Assembly: GCA_035263125.1 (NCBI GenBank)
Contig: DATFRP010000082.1
Span: 4,680-68,679 of the forward strand
Length of the DNA: 64,000 nt
Origin: Vicinamibacterales bacterium
Lineage (GTDB): Bacteria; Acidobacteriota; Vicinamibacteria; Vicinamibacterales; UBA2999
Direction: 5' to 3'
The position numbers and the translations under genes are program-made. Positions 8,601-17,016 of this stretch are shown here, piece after piece (the first letter of the stretch is position 1; every line of letters begins with the position of its first letter). The notes beneath the pieces are model-generated. The model was not told the DNA's origin and ran no database searches. It saw only the letters and a program-made list of their open reading frames with translations.

Positions 8601-9440
8601 CTATCTTTTTTTCCCGTCGGCCCCGACGTAATGCTGCGCGCTCTTGTCGATGCACACGAATTCAATCAACTGCGTGTCGGGCAGCAGCCGGTTGTTCACC
8701 GTCGCGGTGAACGGCTTCGTGTAGGCCTTCGGGTCGTCGACCGTGACTTCGATCACAAGTGAACCGTAGTTGGGTCGGCGGAACCGCTCGATCAGCTTGC
8801 CCGCGCTCGTCAATGGACTGCCTCGCACGTCGAGCCACCCATCGTCCATGAAGCCGACCGTCTCGACGACGAGCGTGTCGCCTTCCCATCGGCCGGTGGA
8901 GTAGCCGTTCCACCACGGTTCAGCGTCCTTCGCGGGCATCCGCCCGTCGAGGAAGATCTCGCGCACCGTCGTGCCTGAGCCTTCGTAGATGGCGATCACT
9001 TCCGACGGCGTCTGGATGATCTTCTTCGGATAGGGGTGCGAGGTCATCTGCATCACACCCATCGGCAGGCAGTGCGCATCGGGATTGTCCTTGCTGTTAT
9101 CGGCCATCCGCTTCTTCACGAGCTCTGCGGCCCACGGTTGGTAGGGCGCGCCGCCCGGCGTCTGATCGCCGATGTTCCCGAACACCGATCCCGACGGCGG
9201 CAGCTCGCCCGTGCCCTCGGCCGCGACCGGTGCTGGTCCCCTACCGCGCCGGCCCTGAATGGTTTCCCAGACGCCGGAGAGATCGGGCTTGCCATCCGCG
9301 GTGCGCGGTGCGGGGCCCTTGAGATCGACTTGGCCATCAGAGGTTTTCGGGCCCGGCGTCGAGTACTTCGGCCACTGCGCCCCGAGCGGCACCGAGGCGG
9401 TCAGCGTGAAAACGATTGCTGCGGTCAGGAGATGCTTCAT
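8601..9440 (-). CDS. Secreted protein of unknown function (paralog A)
   Basis: Signal MKHLLTAAIVFTLTASVPLGAQ. It shares blocks with 15899-16930: ADGKPDLSG[VI]W, QPWA, C[LM]P, WEGDTLVV.T.GF.D.GWLD, ER[FY].R...G.L, DDPK.[YF]TKPFT, PDT.L.E.VC. Confidence 0.75.
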   Translation of the reverse strand: MKHLLTAAIVFTLTASVPLGAQWPKYSTPGPKTSDGQVDLKGPAPRTADGKPDLSGVWETIQGRRGRGPAPVAAEGTGELPPSGSVFGNIGDQTPGGAPYQPWAAELVKKRMADNSKDNPDAHCLPMGVMQMTSHPYPKKIIQTPSEVIAIYEGSGTTVREIFLDGRMPAKDAEPWWNGYSTGRWEGDTLVVETVGFMDDGWLDVRGSPLTSAGKLIERFRRPNYGSLVIEVTVDDPKAYTKPFTATVNNRLLPDTQLIEFVCIDKSAQHYVGADGKKR

Positions 9441-9528
9441 GGCGTCTTTTCCGAAGCATACACTCCGGCGGCGAAGAAACGTGTCGCTGCTCGCAGCGAC
9501 GACGATGGGGCGGCCCTTCAGCGCAGCC

Positions 9529-10809
9529 TCAGGGTTTCGTCACCTTGATTCGTCCGTCCTTCGCTCGCGTCGCCACGCCGGCAGCCAACGACCGCTCCAC
9601 GACCGCGTTCCACTCGCTCGCAAAGGGCGCACGCAGGTGCGCGGGGACCCGCAGGATCGCAGTGTCGTGTGCGACACGGTACGCCGATCGGCGGCGCGCC
9701 CGCTCTCTGTCGCTCATCTTCGGCCAGTCGTCGACCGATGCCTTGCGCTGGGCGAGTGCCAAGAACAGATTATCGCGGGCGGTGCAGAATACGACCGTGA
9801 AACCATTCGCTTCGAGCGCCCGGACTGCGGAGGGCTCGTCGAACGTCTGGAGATGGAACGGGTTCAGGGTGTTGAACATCGACTTACCACATTCGAGAAA
9901 CTCGCCCTCCAGCGGCTCCTGATATACATACAGAAATCCGCCCGGGTTGAGCCGCTCTCGCACGATCGCGAGAAACGCCTTCGGCCGCACCGAGTGCGTC
10001 AGCATGTGATTGCTGACGATCAGATCGAAGCCTCCTTCAAACGGAATCTCGAAGTTCTCGAAGTCGATCGGACACGCCGTGGGGATGCCGTAGGTCTCTT
10101 CGATGAGGAAGCGCTGGTTCTCGAACAGCGTCATCGCGAAGCAATCGGCCCCGTAGAGGCGCTTCAGGATCGCGCTGATCGACCCAAGGCGCGACCGGAT
10201 TTCGAGCACGCGCGGCGAGCGCAGCGGCGCGAGCGACCCGAGAATCTCGACGTGCATGCTGTTCGCCAGCCGATCGTTCATGAGAGAGGGCAGATAGTCC
10301 TTTCGCGTCAGCCCACTGTGGTCGGAGACGAACACCCCCTTCGACACGAGCCGCTGCAGATGCGCGCGCGTCTCCTCGGTCAGCGACGAGGAACTGAGGG
10401 CGAGCTTGCCGGGACGGGGCGCGCCGACCTCGGCACGGCCGAGCGTCTCCTCGAAACGCTCGAGGAGCCAGAGGTAACGATCACCGGCAGGACGCCGCGC
10501 CGCATACACCACGCCGCACCCGTGGCACAGCGAGTAGTCGTAGATCGCCGATGCAGCGTCCGGTGTGCGATCGAACAGCGCGAAACGGTTGTAACGGCTG
10601 ACTCTGGTCGACTCTGAGCCGTCGCACACCGGGCACGTCTCGAGCCTGAGAATTGGACCGCTTGGACACGGCGAGTCGTTTTCACCGTCGTAAACGAGCC
10701 GCTCGCCGCTATCCGGCGTGGTGACCGCCGCCGCGGCCGGGAGCGGCGCCGTGCCGTTCGACCGGTTGAGCACGAAAGCGCGTACTCCCCGCGCCACTCT
10801 GCGGAGCAT
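9529..10809 (-). CDS. SAM-dependent methyltransferase-like protein with N-terminal Cys4 zinc ribbon
   Basis: CPVCDG...(x35)...CHGCGVVY forms the ribbon. A class-I MTase-like core follows: PRVLEIRSRLGSI (degenerate Gly-rich loop) and FDLIVSNHMLTHSVRPKAFLAIVRERLNPGGFLYVYQEP. Confidence 0.65.
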   Translation of the reverse strand: MLRRVARGVRAFVLNRSNGTAPLPAAAAVTTPDSGERLVYDGENDSPCPSGPILRLETCPVCDGSESTRVSRYNRFALFDRTPDAASAIYDYSLCHGCGVVYAARRPAGDRYLWLLERFEETLGRAEVGAPRPGKLALSSSSLTEETRAHLQRLVSKGVFVSDHSGLTRKDYLPSLMNDRLANSMHVEILGSLAPLRSPRVLEIRSRLGSISAILKRLYGADCFAMTLFENQRFLIEETYGIPTACPIDFENFEIPFEGGFDLIVSNHMLTHSVRPKAFLAIVRERLNPGGFLYVYQEPLEGEFLECGKSMFNTLNPFHLQTFDEPSAVRALEANGFTVVFCTARDNLFLALAQRKASVDDWPKMSDRERARRRSAYRVAHDTAILRVPAHLRAPFASEWNAVVERSLAAGVATRAKDGRIKVTKP

Positions 10810-10900
10810 GGAAGAAGCGGAATTCTATCAGTTCCGGCGTTCTTGGTGATTGCCGACACAGCCGCGTGGTTGACGAACGCGCGGAGGCCGACACGTGAGA

Positions 10901-11395
10901 TCAGTAGCGCTCGTACCAGCGGCGGCTGCGCACCGCCACTGCTTTCTGGACGTTCCCGACCCATCCGGCGGCAAGGTTCGCATCCGGTTGGGACACGCCG
11001 ACCGAAATCAGCAGCCCTCGCATGTCGTCCTTCAGGCCGTCGATCTGCCGCTCGCTGAACTCATGAGCGACGACCGTGGTCCACAGGAGTGTCGTCAGTC
11101 GAGACCGTGTATCCGCGTCGATGGAACGATTGACCAGCATCGGACAGAGAGTGCTCGAGAGCCCGCGGACGGCAGTCGTGACCTCGGGACCTTCTGCGAA
11201 CGACGTCAGATCGTCTGTCAGTTCGACGACCGACTCCTTGCTACCCGCGGCTACGCGCTCGATATCGATCCCAATGTCCATGAGCCGCTTCGGCACATCG
11301 CCGCTCTGTTTGGGCACGTCGCCGTCACTCTGGCGGCAACCGGCGAAGCTACTTGCCAAGATCAACGTGAGCACACAGACCAGACAGCGTCTCAT
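10901..11395 (-). CDS. Small lipoprotein, unknown function
   Basis: An internal ATG at 11395 in track ORF 10901-11863 gives MRRCLVCVLTLILASSFAGC|RQS (lipobox). The upstream part of the long ORF is Arg-rich junk. Contains the duplicated GDVPKQS/GDVPKRL. Confidence 0.6.
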   Translation of the reverse strand: MRRCLVCVLTLILASSFAGCRQSDGDVPKQSGDVPKRLMDIGIDIERVAAGSKESVVELTDDLTSFAEGPEVTTAVRGLSSTLCPMLVNRSIDADTRSRLTTLLWTTVVAHEFSERQIDGLKDDMRGLLISVGVSQPDANLAAGWVGNVQKAVAVRSRRWYERY

Positions 11396-11463
11396 CGCAT
11401 CAGAGTGACCGACCTCATCTGTCCTGTCAAACGGCGCAAGCGGCCTCTGCAGTCGCTCAACGA

Positions 11464-12525
11464 TCAACCCTGAACCCGATAGTTTCCGAACTCGCGCCGC
11501 AGTTCGTCCTCGGCGTGCAGGACACGAAGCCAGTCGCCGGTCGCGATCTGTGCGGTGTCGGCCATATTCGGCGGTTGAATCACCTGGATGCCGAGCGCGT
11601 GGAAGCGCTGATACAGCCACGAGTAGTGCGCGGATCCGCTGACGACGATGCGAGCGCGTCGAACCTCGGGCCAGCGGTCGGACTCGTGTTCGAGCACGTC
11701 GAGCACCGCCAGCCACACCGGCAGCGTGGCGCTCGTGAGCGTGACGCCATGCGCCGAAATCAGCTCGAGGAGACGATCGGGCTCGATGAGTGATCCCGGC
11801 AGCACGAGCCGGCTGCCCTGCATCAGCGCGGCATACGGCATGCCCCATGCGCTGGCATGACACATCGCCATCGCCGGCAGCACCGTGTCGGAGCGCTCGA
11901 TCGAAAACTGTCCGGGAGACGAGATCGAGTACGCATACAGCGCAATCGCACGATGCGTGAAGACGACACCGGGCAACCGTCGCGCGGTGCTCGACGCGTC
12001 GCAGATCACGGCCGGCATGTCCTCGTCGAGATATGCGTCCTCGGGCTCGCCGCTGCTCTCTTCGAGGAGTTCCTCATACGCCTCGTAGCGGTGGCACAAC
12101 GAGCCGCCCTTCGACGGCGCCACGATCACGAGCTCGGGGCTAATCAGCCTTCGCAGGCGCTCGAAGAGCGGCAGCAGCACGTCGTCGACGATGAGAACCC
12201 GATCCTCGATATGGTTGACGCTGCGCGCGAGCGCTTCGACCGGCTGTCGCATGTTCAGCGCGTGGACGACGCCGCCGACAAGCGGCACTCCGAAGCACGC
12301 CTCGAGATGAAGGTGGTGGTTCCACATCAACGTGGCCACCCGGTCGCCGCGGCGGAGTCCGCACTCCTGCAGCGCCGCGCCGAGCGCACGTACGCGAGCG
12401 CGAAAGGTCTTGTACGTGGCGTAGTGGGTTCTGCCGTCGGGCAGCTGCGAGACGATCTCTGCGGTCGGAAACAGCGAGACCGCCCTCTCGAGCAGCGACT
12501 CGACCGTCAATGGCGAGGCACTCAT
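11464..12525 (-). CDS. AMP-dependent synthetase/ligase-like protein, short and with degenerate catalytic motifs
   Basis: Strong SD (GAGGAGG) before the ATG at 12525. It resembles acyl-CoA ligase N-domains (RGDRVATLMWNHHLHLEACFGVPLVGGVVHALN). However, the P-loop position reads CDASSTARRLPGVVFTHRA instead of [ST]SGTTGxPKG, and the YGxTE position reads PNMADT. The ORF ends at 353 aa without a C-terminal subdomain. Confidence 0.6.
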   Translation of the reverse strand: MSASPLTVESLLERAVSLFPTAEIVSQLPDGRTHYATYKTFRARVRALGAALQECGLRRGDRVATLMWNHHLHLEACFGVPLVGGVVHALNMRQPVEALARSVNHIEDRVLIVDDVLLPLFERLRRLISPELVIVAPSKGGSLCHRYEAYEELLEESSGEPEDAYLDEDMPAVICDASSTARRLPGVVFTHRAIALYAYSISSPGQFSIERSDTVLPAMAMCHASAWGMPYAALMQGSRLVLPGSLIEPDRLLELISAHGVTLTSATLPVWLAVLDVLEHESDRWPEVRRARIVVSGSAHYSWLYQRFHALGIQVIQPPNMADTAQIATGDWLRVLHAEDELRREFGNYRVQG

Positions 12526-12558
12526 CGCACGCCTCCTCGTTCCCTGAAGGTCCCTGGG

Positions 12559-12774
12559 CTATTCGTGTGAGTCATGACCATTCCCTTTTTTCGACATCGG
12601 CTCCACGTGCCGCCAGAGACGCGCGAGCATGTCCAGGAGCTCGCCGGTCGACGTGAAGCTTGCTGTCCGACCGGACGCAATGTGCTCGACTCGCCCCTCG
12701 ACCTGGCCGCACTCGAAATCGGTCGACGGACGGAACTGCACGACGAACGCACCAGCATGCTGAAAGTCGTTCAT
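12559..12774 (-). CDS. Small hypothetical protein (71 aa)
   Basis: ATG at 12774 is preceded by GAGGAG 8 nt upstream; the track start at 12789 lacks an SD. Sequence MNDFQHAGAFVVQFRPSTDFECGQVEGRVEHIASGRTASFTSTGELLDMLARLW has non-shadow-like composition. It is divergent from the STAND-like regulator. Confidence 0.5.
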   Translation of the reverse strand: MNDFQHAGAFVVQFRPSTDFECGQVEGRVEHIASGRTASFTSTGELLDMLARLWRHVEPMSKKGNGHDSHE

Positions 12775-12924
12775 CGCCGTACTCCTCATCGTTCGACGTC
12801 GCCGCCTTCGAAGGTGCCGCGCGGCGAGAGCCGCGGTTGCAAAGCGTTCATCACGAGTCGAGAATAGCCAGCGGTCCGACGGCCGGTCATAACGGAGCGG
12901 TCTTGTTGCAGTGATGTTTCAGTA

Positions 12925-15900
12925 ATGCAGCCCGACAAGCCGGTGATATTCGCCGGGTTTCGACTCGACGCGCACAACCAGCAGCTCTGGCGAGGGACGC
13001 AGGCTATCGCTCTGAGACCGAAGGCTTTCGCCGTGCTCAGGCATCTGGTCGAGCATGCCGGCCAGCTGGTCACGAAGCAGCAGCTGCTCGAGGCGGTCTG
13101 GCCCGGCACATTCGTCACCGATGCGGTGCTGAAGGACAGCATCAAACAGCTGCGCGACGCGCTTGGTGACGACGCCGCGACACCGCGCTTGATCGAGACC
13201 GCGCACCGGCGCGGCTACCGCTTCATCGGTTCGATCTCGGACGCACTCCCTGCGATCGATCGGACACCCGCTCCACAGTCTCCCAATCCGCTGGTCGCGC
13301 CACCGCGTTCGGCGACTGTGCTGGGACGCGAAGCGGAGTTGACATCGCTGAAGGCGTGCCTCGAGCGAGCGCTCGTCGGAGAGCGAGAAGTCGTCTTCGT
13401 CACCGGCGAGCCGGGGATCGGCAAGACCACACTCGTCAGAGCGATGCGTGATGAGGCCGCCACGCGGGGTATCCGGATGGCGTGGGGACAATGCCTCGAG
13501 CATTACGGTTCCAGTGAAGCGTATCTGCCGATCCTCGACGGGCTGACGCGTCTCTGTCGCACACCGGACGGTGCACGCGTCATCGAGCTGCTTCGCCGCC
13601 ACGCACCGACCTGGCTGCTCGAGCTGCCGTCGCTGTTGCCCGAACCCGAGCGCGAGACGCTGCGTCAGCAGGTGGCAGGCGCTACTCGTGAACGCATGCT
13701 GCGCGAGCTGACCGAGGCCATCGATGCGATCACCGCCGATGCGCCGCTGATGATCGTGCTCGAGGATCTGCACTGGAGCGACTACTCGACGCTCGATGTG
13801 ATCAGCTATCTCGCGCGTCGCCGCGATCCCGCGCGGCTCCTCGTGATCGGGACGTATCGACCGGTGGATGTGATCCTCGGCGATCACCCGTTGAAGGCCG
13901 TGAAGCGCGAGCTGCTGGCCCATGGCTTCTGTCGCGAGATTCCGCTGGAGCTCCTCCCGGAGACCGCGGTCGCCGAGTATCTCGCCGCGACCCTGTCGTC
14001 CAATCAGCTGCCCCGATGGCTCGTCCATCTGATTCATCGCCGCACCGAGGGCAATCCGCTCTTCATGGTGAACCTCGTGGAGTATCTGCTGGCCGAGCGC
14101 ATCATCGTCGAGCGCGGAGGTCAGTGGCAGCTGCAAGGCGAGTACGCACAGATCGACTCGGGGATTCCGGAAAACGTCCGGCAGCTGATCGAGCAACAGA
14201 TAGATCGATTGAGTCCCGACGAGCGACGCGTGCTCGAGGGTGCCAGCGTCGTCGGCATGGAGTGTTCGTCGGCGGCGATCGCGGCAGGACTGGAAGAAAC
14301 GACCGACTGGGTCGACCAGCAGTGCGAGGCGCTGGTGCAGCGGCATCAATTCCTGCGCCCCGCGCGCATCGTCGAACTGCCCGACGGCAGGATCACCGCC
14401 CGATACAAGTTCAATCACATCCTGTATCTCGAAGTGCCCTACCGGCTGCTGCCGGCGATGCGTCGTGCGCAGATTCACCGCCGTATCGGCCACAGCGGCG
14501 AAGCGATCTACGGCACGCGCGTCGGCGAGATCGCCACAGAGCTGGCGATGCACTTCGAGCAGGGCAAGGACGCGCCTCGCGCCGTGCGCTATCTGCTGCT
14601 CGCTGCCGAGAACGCGAGACATCGATCGGCACACCACGAAGCAGAGGCACTGGCTCGACGCGGCTTGTCCGCACTCCGGTCGCTCCCGGAGTCACCAGAG
14701 CGCGACCAGCAGGAGCTGAGCCTCCGCATCGTGCTGGGCGTCTCCGTCATGGCACTCAAGGGATTTGCCGCCGACGAAGTGCGCGACATCTACCAGCGCG
14801 CGATCGACATCGGCGGACGCGAGGACAGCTCTCCGCAGGCTTTCATGGCCCATTGGCTGCTCGGGCTGTTCCACTACTTCCGGGCCGAGATCCAACGCTC
14901 TCACGAGATCGCGGCACAACTGGTCGACCGCGGTCAGCGACTCGACAGCCCGCTGCTGGCGAGCGAAGCGATGTGTGCGTTCGGCATCACGCTCGTGGAC
15001 ATGGGCGAGTTCAACACCGCGCTGGACCACCTCGAGACCGTTCCATCGCTGTGCGAAGGAGAGCGCGATCGCGCCACGACCGCGTTCGCCGGCCTGGATC
15101 CCGCGGTCACGAGCGAATGCTACGCGGCGAAGGCGTTCTGGGCTCTGGGGTATCCCGATCGCGCCGTCGCACGCCTCGAACGCGCCTGCGCGCTCGCCGG
15201 TCCGACGGCTCCGGCCGAGACCCGTGTGCTCGCGAGCTATTTCGCCGCGCACATCTATCAACTGCGCGGTGATGCCCGGACTGCGCAGCACCACGCCGAG
15301 AGCGCGATTCTTCTGGCCGACGACTACGGACTATCGGTCTGGATGTCGCTGGCGCGCGTCATTCGTGGATGGGCGCGCGTCGAGCAGGGAGCGATCGAAA
15401 CCGGGATCGCCGAACTGCAGCGCGGTCTGGACACGTATCTGGCGACAGGAGCGCGGCTCTGGCGCGCGCAGTCGGTGGGATTACTCGCACAGGCGTTGAC
15501 GCGAGCCGGACGTCACGAGGATGCCATGGGCGCGATCGCGGAGGCGCTGGACCTGATTCGAGAGACAGGCGAAGACGGCTCGGCCGCCGACCTTCATCGA
15601 ACGCAAGGTGATCTTCTGTTGGCGCTGGCTGCCGAAGTCGGCTCACCGCGCGGCGGCCCGAGCGCGCGACCCTCGCCGGTTGCCTCGCGAATCGAGACGC
15701 AGGCGGAGGAGTGTCTCACACGCGCGCGCACCGTGGCACGCGCGCAGCAGGCCAAAGCGTGGGAGCTCAGAGCCGTCACGAGCCTGGCCCGTCTCTACCT
15801 CCATCAGGGACGAGACACTGATGCCGCGCAAGTGGTCACGCCGGTGCTCGAATGGTTCAGTGAAGGACACGACACCGCGGATCTGCACGCGGCGCGGGTC

Positions 15901-15948
15901 ATGGCTTCCGGACGGCTGTCTGATCTCCGGCCTGGCCACGCACGATGA
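12925..15948 (+). CDS. Winged-helix (OmpR/CadC-type) DNA-binding domain + P-loop NTPase + TPR, STAND-like regulator
   Basis: N-terminus FAGFRLDAHNQQLWRGTQAIALRPKAFAVLRHLVEHAGQLVTKQQLLEAVWP...HRRGYRFIG (trans_reg_C-like). Walker A is FVTGEPGIGKTTLV and Walker B-like is LMIVLEDLHWSD. The long C-terminal helical/TPR region ends ...WFSEGHDTADLHAA. Confidence 0.85.
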   Translation: MQPDKPVIFAGFRLDAHNQQLWRGTQAIALRPKAFAVLRHLVEHAGQLVTKQQLLEAVWPGTFVTDAVLKDSIKQLRDALGDDAATPRLIETAHRRGYRFIGSISDALPAIDRTPAPQSPNPLVAPPRSATVLGREAELTSLKACLERALVGEREVVFVTGEPGIGKTTLVRAMRDEAATRGIRMAWGQCLEHYGSSEAYLPILDGLTRLCRTPDGARVIELLRRHAPTWLLELPSLLPEPERETLRQQVAGATRERMLRELTEAIDAITADAPLMIVLEDLHWSDYSTLDVISYLARRRDPARLLVIGTYRPVDVILGDHPLKAVKRELLAHGFCREIPLELLPETAVAEYLAATLSSNQLPRWLVHLIHRRTEGNPLFMVNLVEYLLAERIIVERGGQWQLQGEYAQIDSGIPENVRQLIEQQIDRLSPDERRVLEGASVVGMECSSAAIAAGLEETTDWVDQQCEALVQRHQFLRPARIVELPDGRITARYKFNHILYLEVPYRLLPAMRRAQIHRRIGHSGEAIYGTRVGEIATELAMHFEQGKDAPRAVRYLLLAAENARHRSAHHEAEALARRGLSALRSLPESPERDQQELSLRIVLGVSVMALKGFAADEVRDIYQRAIDIGGREDSSPQAFMAHWLLGLFHYFRAEIQRSHEIAAQLVDRGQRLDSPLLASEAMCAFGITLVDMGEFNTALDHLETVPSLCEGERDRATTAFAGLDPAVTSECYAAKAFWALGYPDRAVARLERACALAGPTAPAETRVLASYFAAHIYQLRGDARTAQHHAESAILLADDYGLSVWMSLARVIRGWARVEQGAIETGIAELQRGLDTYLATGARLWRAQSVGLLAQALTRAGRHEDAMGAIAEALDLIRETGEDGSAADLHRTQGDLLLALAAEVGSPRGGPSARPSPVASRIETQAEECLTRARTVARAQQAKAWELRAVTSLARLYLHQGRDTDAAQVVTPVLEWFSEGHDTADLHAARVMASGRLSDLRPGHAR

Positions 15949-16930
15949 GCTGCGTCACCTTGCCCTGCGCATCCTTGACGAACTCGAATCCGGCCGGCGT
16001 TGCCGTCGACATGAACTTCGTCTCCGACGTCGGAATCAACGGCAGCTTCGGCTCATTCAGTCCGCGCACGAACAGCAGATCGTCGACGGCGGTGATGGTG
16101 ACCTGTCGTCCCTGTGCCAGCTCGTAGACCCCAGCGTACGTCGCGGCGACCTTCGGGCTCAGAGTGAACGACGTCTCCACCTGAAAGTGCGCGCGCGAGC
16201 GTTCGTTCTCACAGACGTCTTCGAGGAGCTCCGTATCAGGCTGCAGCGTCCGCTGCGTCTTGATCGTGAACGGCTTCGTGAACACCTTGGGATCGTCGAT
16301 CGTGATGTCGAAGTCCAGGTGACCGAAGTCACGCCGATGGTAGCGTTCGGTGATGCGCAGTGATTCGGTCTGCGGATGGCCGGCGCTGTCGAGCCAGCCT
16401 TTGTCGTTGAATCCCGCGGTCGTCACGACCAGCGTGTCGCCTTCCCATTTGCCGACCGAGTACCCCAGGTAGGTCGGGTTTGGGTCCTTCGGAAGGTCGC
16501 GTCCGTCGGTGAACACGGTTCGATTCGGGCTGTTGGGAGACTCGTGCAGGATGATCATCAGATTCGGCGTCTGCACGAGCCGCGTCAGATTGAAGAACTG
16601 GTGATAGGGCAGACTGACCGGCATGCACTTGGCGAGCGGGCTGTCCTTCCTCGATTCGCGCACGCGCTGGAGGAACAGCTGCTCCGCCCACGGCTGCACG
16701 TCCTTCGTCTCGAGGTCCTGCGCGATGTTGAAGCGGTACATCGGACCCGCGCCTGACCAGATGCCCGAGAGATCAGGCTTGCCATCAGCGGTCTTCGGCG
16801 CAGGCGCGGCAAGGTTCGCCTTGCCATCCGGCAGTCGCGGCACGCCTGGCGTGGGGTAGTTCAACCACTGTGCAGACGACGCAACCGGCATGAACAGCGC
16901 GATCGCGGCCAAGACGAGATGAGGTCTCAT
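15899..16930 (-). CDS. Secreted protein of unknown function (paralog B) with extra C-terminal beta-rich domain
   Basis: ATG at 16930 after AGGAG gives MRPHLVLAAIALFMPVASSAQ. The conserved blocks are listed under 8601-9440. An added tail of about 95 aa (YAGVYELAQGRQVTITAVDDLLFVRG...FEFVKDAQGKVTQLIV) resembles the DUF3471-type domain. Confidence 0.75.
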   Translation of the reverse strand: MRPHLVLAAIALFMPVASSAQWLNYPTPGVPRLPDGKANLAAPAPKTADGKPDLSGIWSGAGPMYRFNIAQDLETKDVQPWAEQLFLQRVRESRKDSPLAKCMPVSLPYHQFFNLTRLVQTPNLMIILHESPNSPNRTVFTDGRDLPKDPNPTYLGYSVGKWEGDTLVVTTAGFNDKGWLDSAGHPQTESLRITERYHRRDFGHLDFDITIDDPKVFTKPFTIKTQRTLQPDTELLEDVCENERSRAHFQVETSFTLSPKVAATYAGVYELAQGRQVTITAVDDLLFVRGLNEPKLPLIPTSETKFMSTATPAGFEFVKDAQGKVTQLIVRGQAGDQTAVRKP

Positions 16931-16960
16931 AGGACTCCTGGCTTCGGGGCACTGATTATA

Positions 16961-16986
16961 GGTCCGGCTAAAGCCGGACACTACGT
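16961..16986. repeat. REP-like hairpin GGTCCGGCTAAAGCCGGACACTACGT
   Basis: 7-bp stem GTCCGGC/GCCGGAC plus a conserved ACTACGT tail. It lies between the MmgE/PrpD stop and the start of paralog B. Copies occur at 29068-29093 (inverted) and 58966-58991. Confidence 0.8.
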
Positions 16987-17016
16987 GTGCAGATATAGTG
17001 TCCGCCTGCGCACCTG

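Noticed and set aside
10901-11863. Full 320-aa version of the ORF
   Set aside because: The N-terminal 155 residues are Arg/Ala junk overlapping the 3' end of the AMP-ligase-like gene. An internal ATG gives a clean lipoprotein signal.
12919-14637. 572-aa minus-strand ORF
   Set aside because: It is antisense to the Walker A/B-containing regulator gene. The sequence is low-complexity and Arg/Gln-rich with no motifs.
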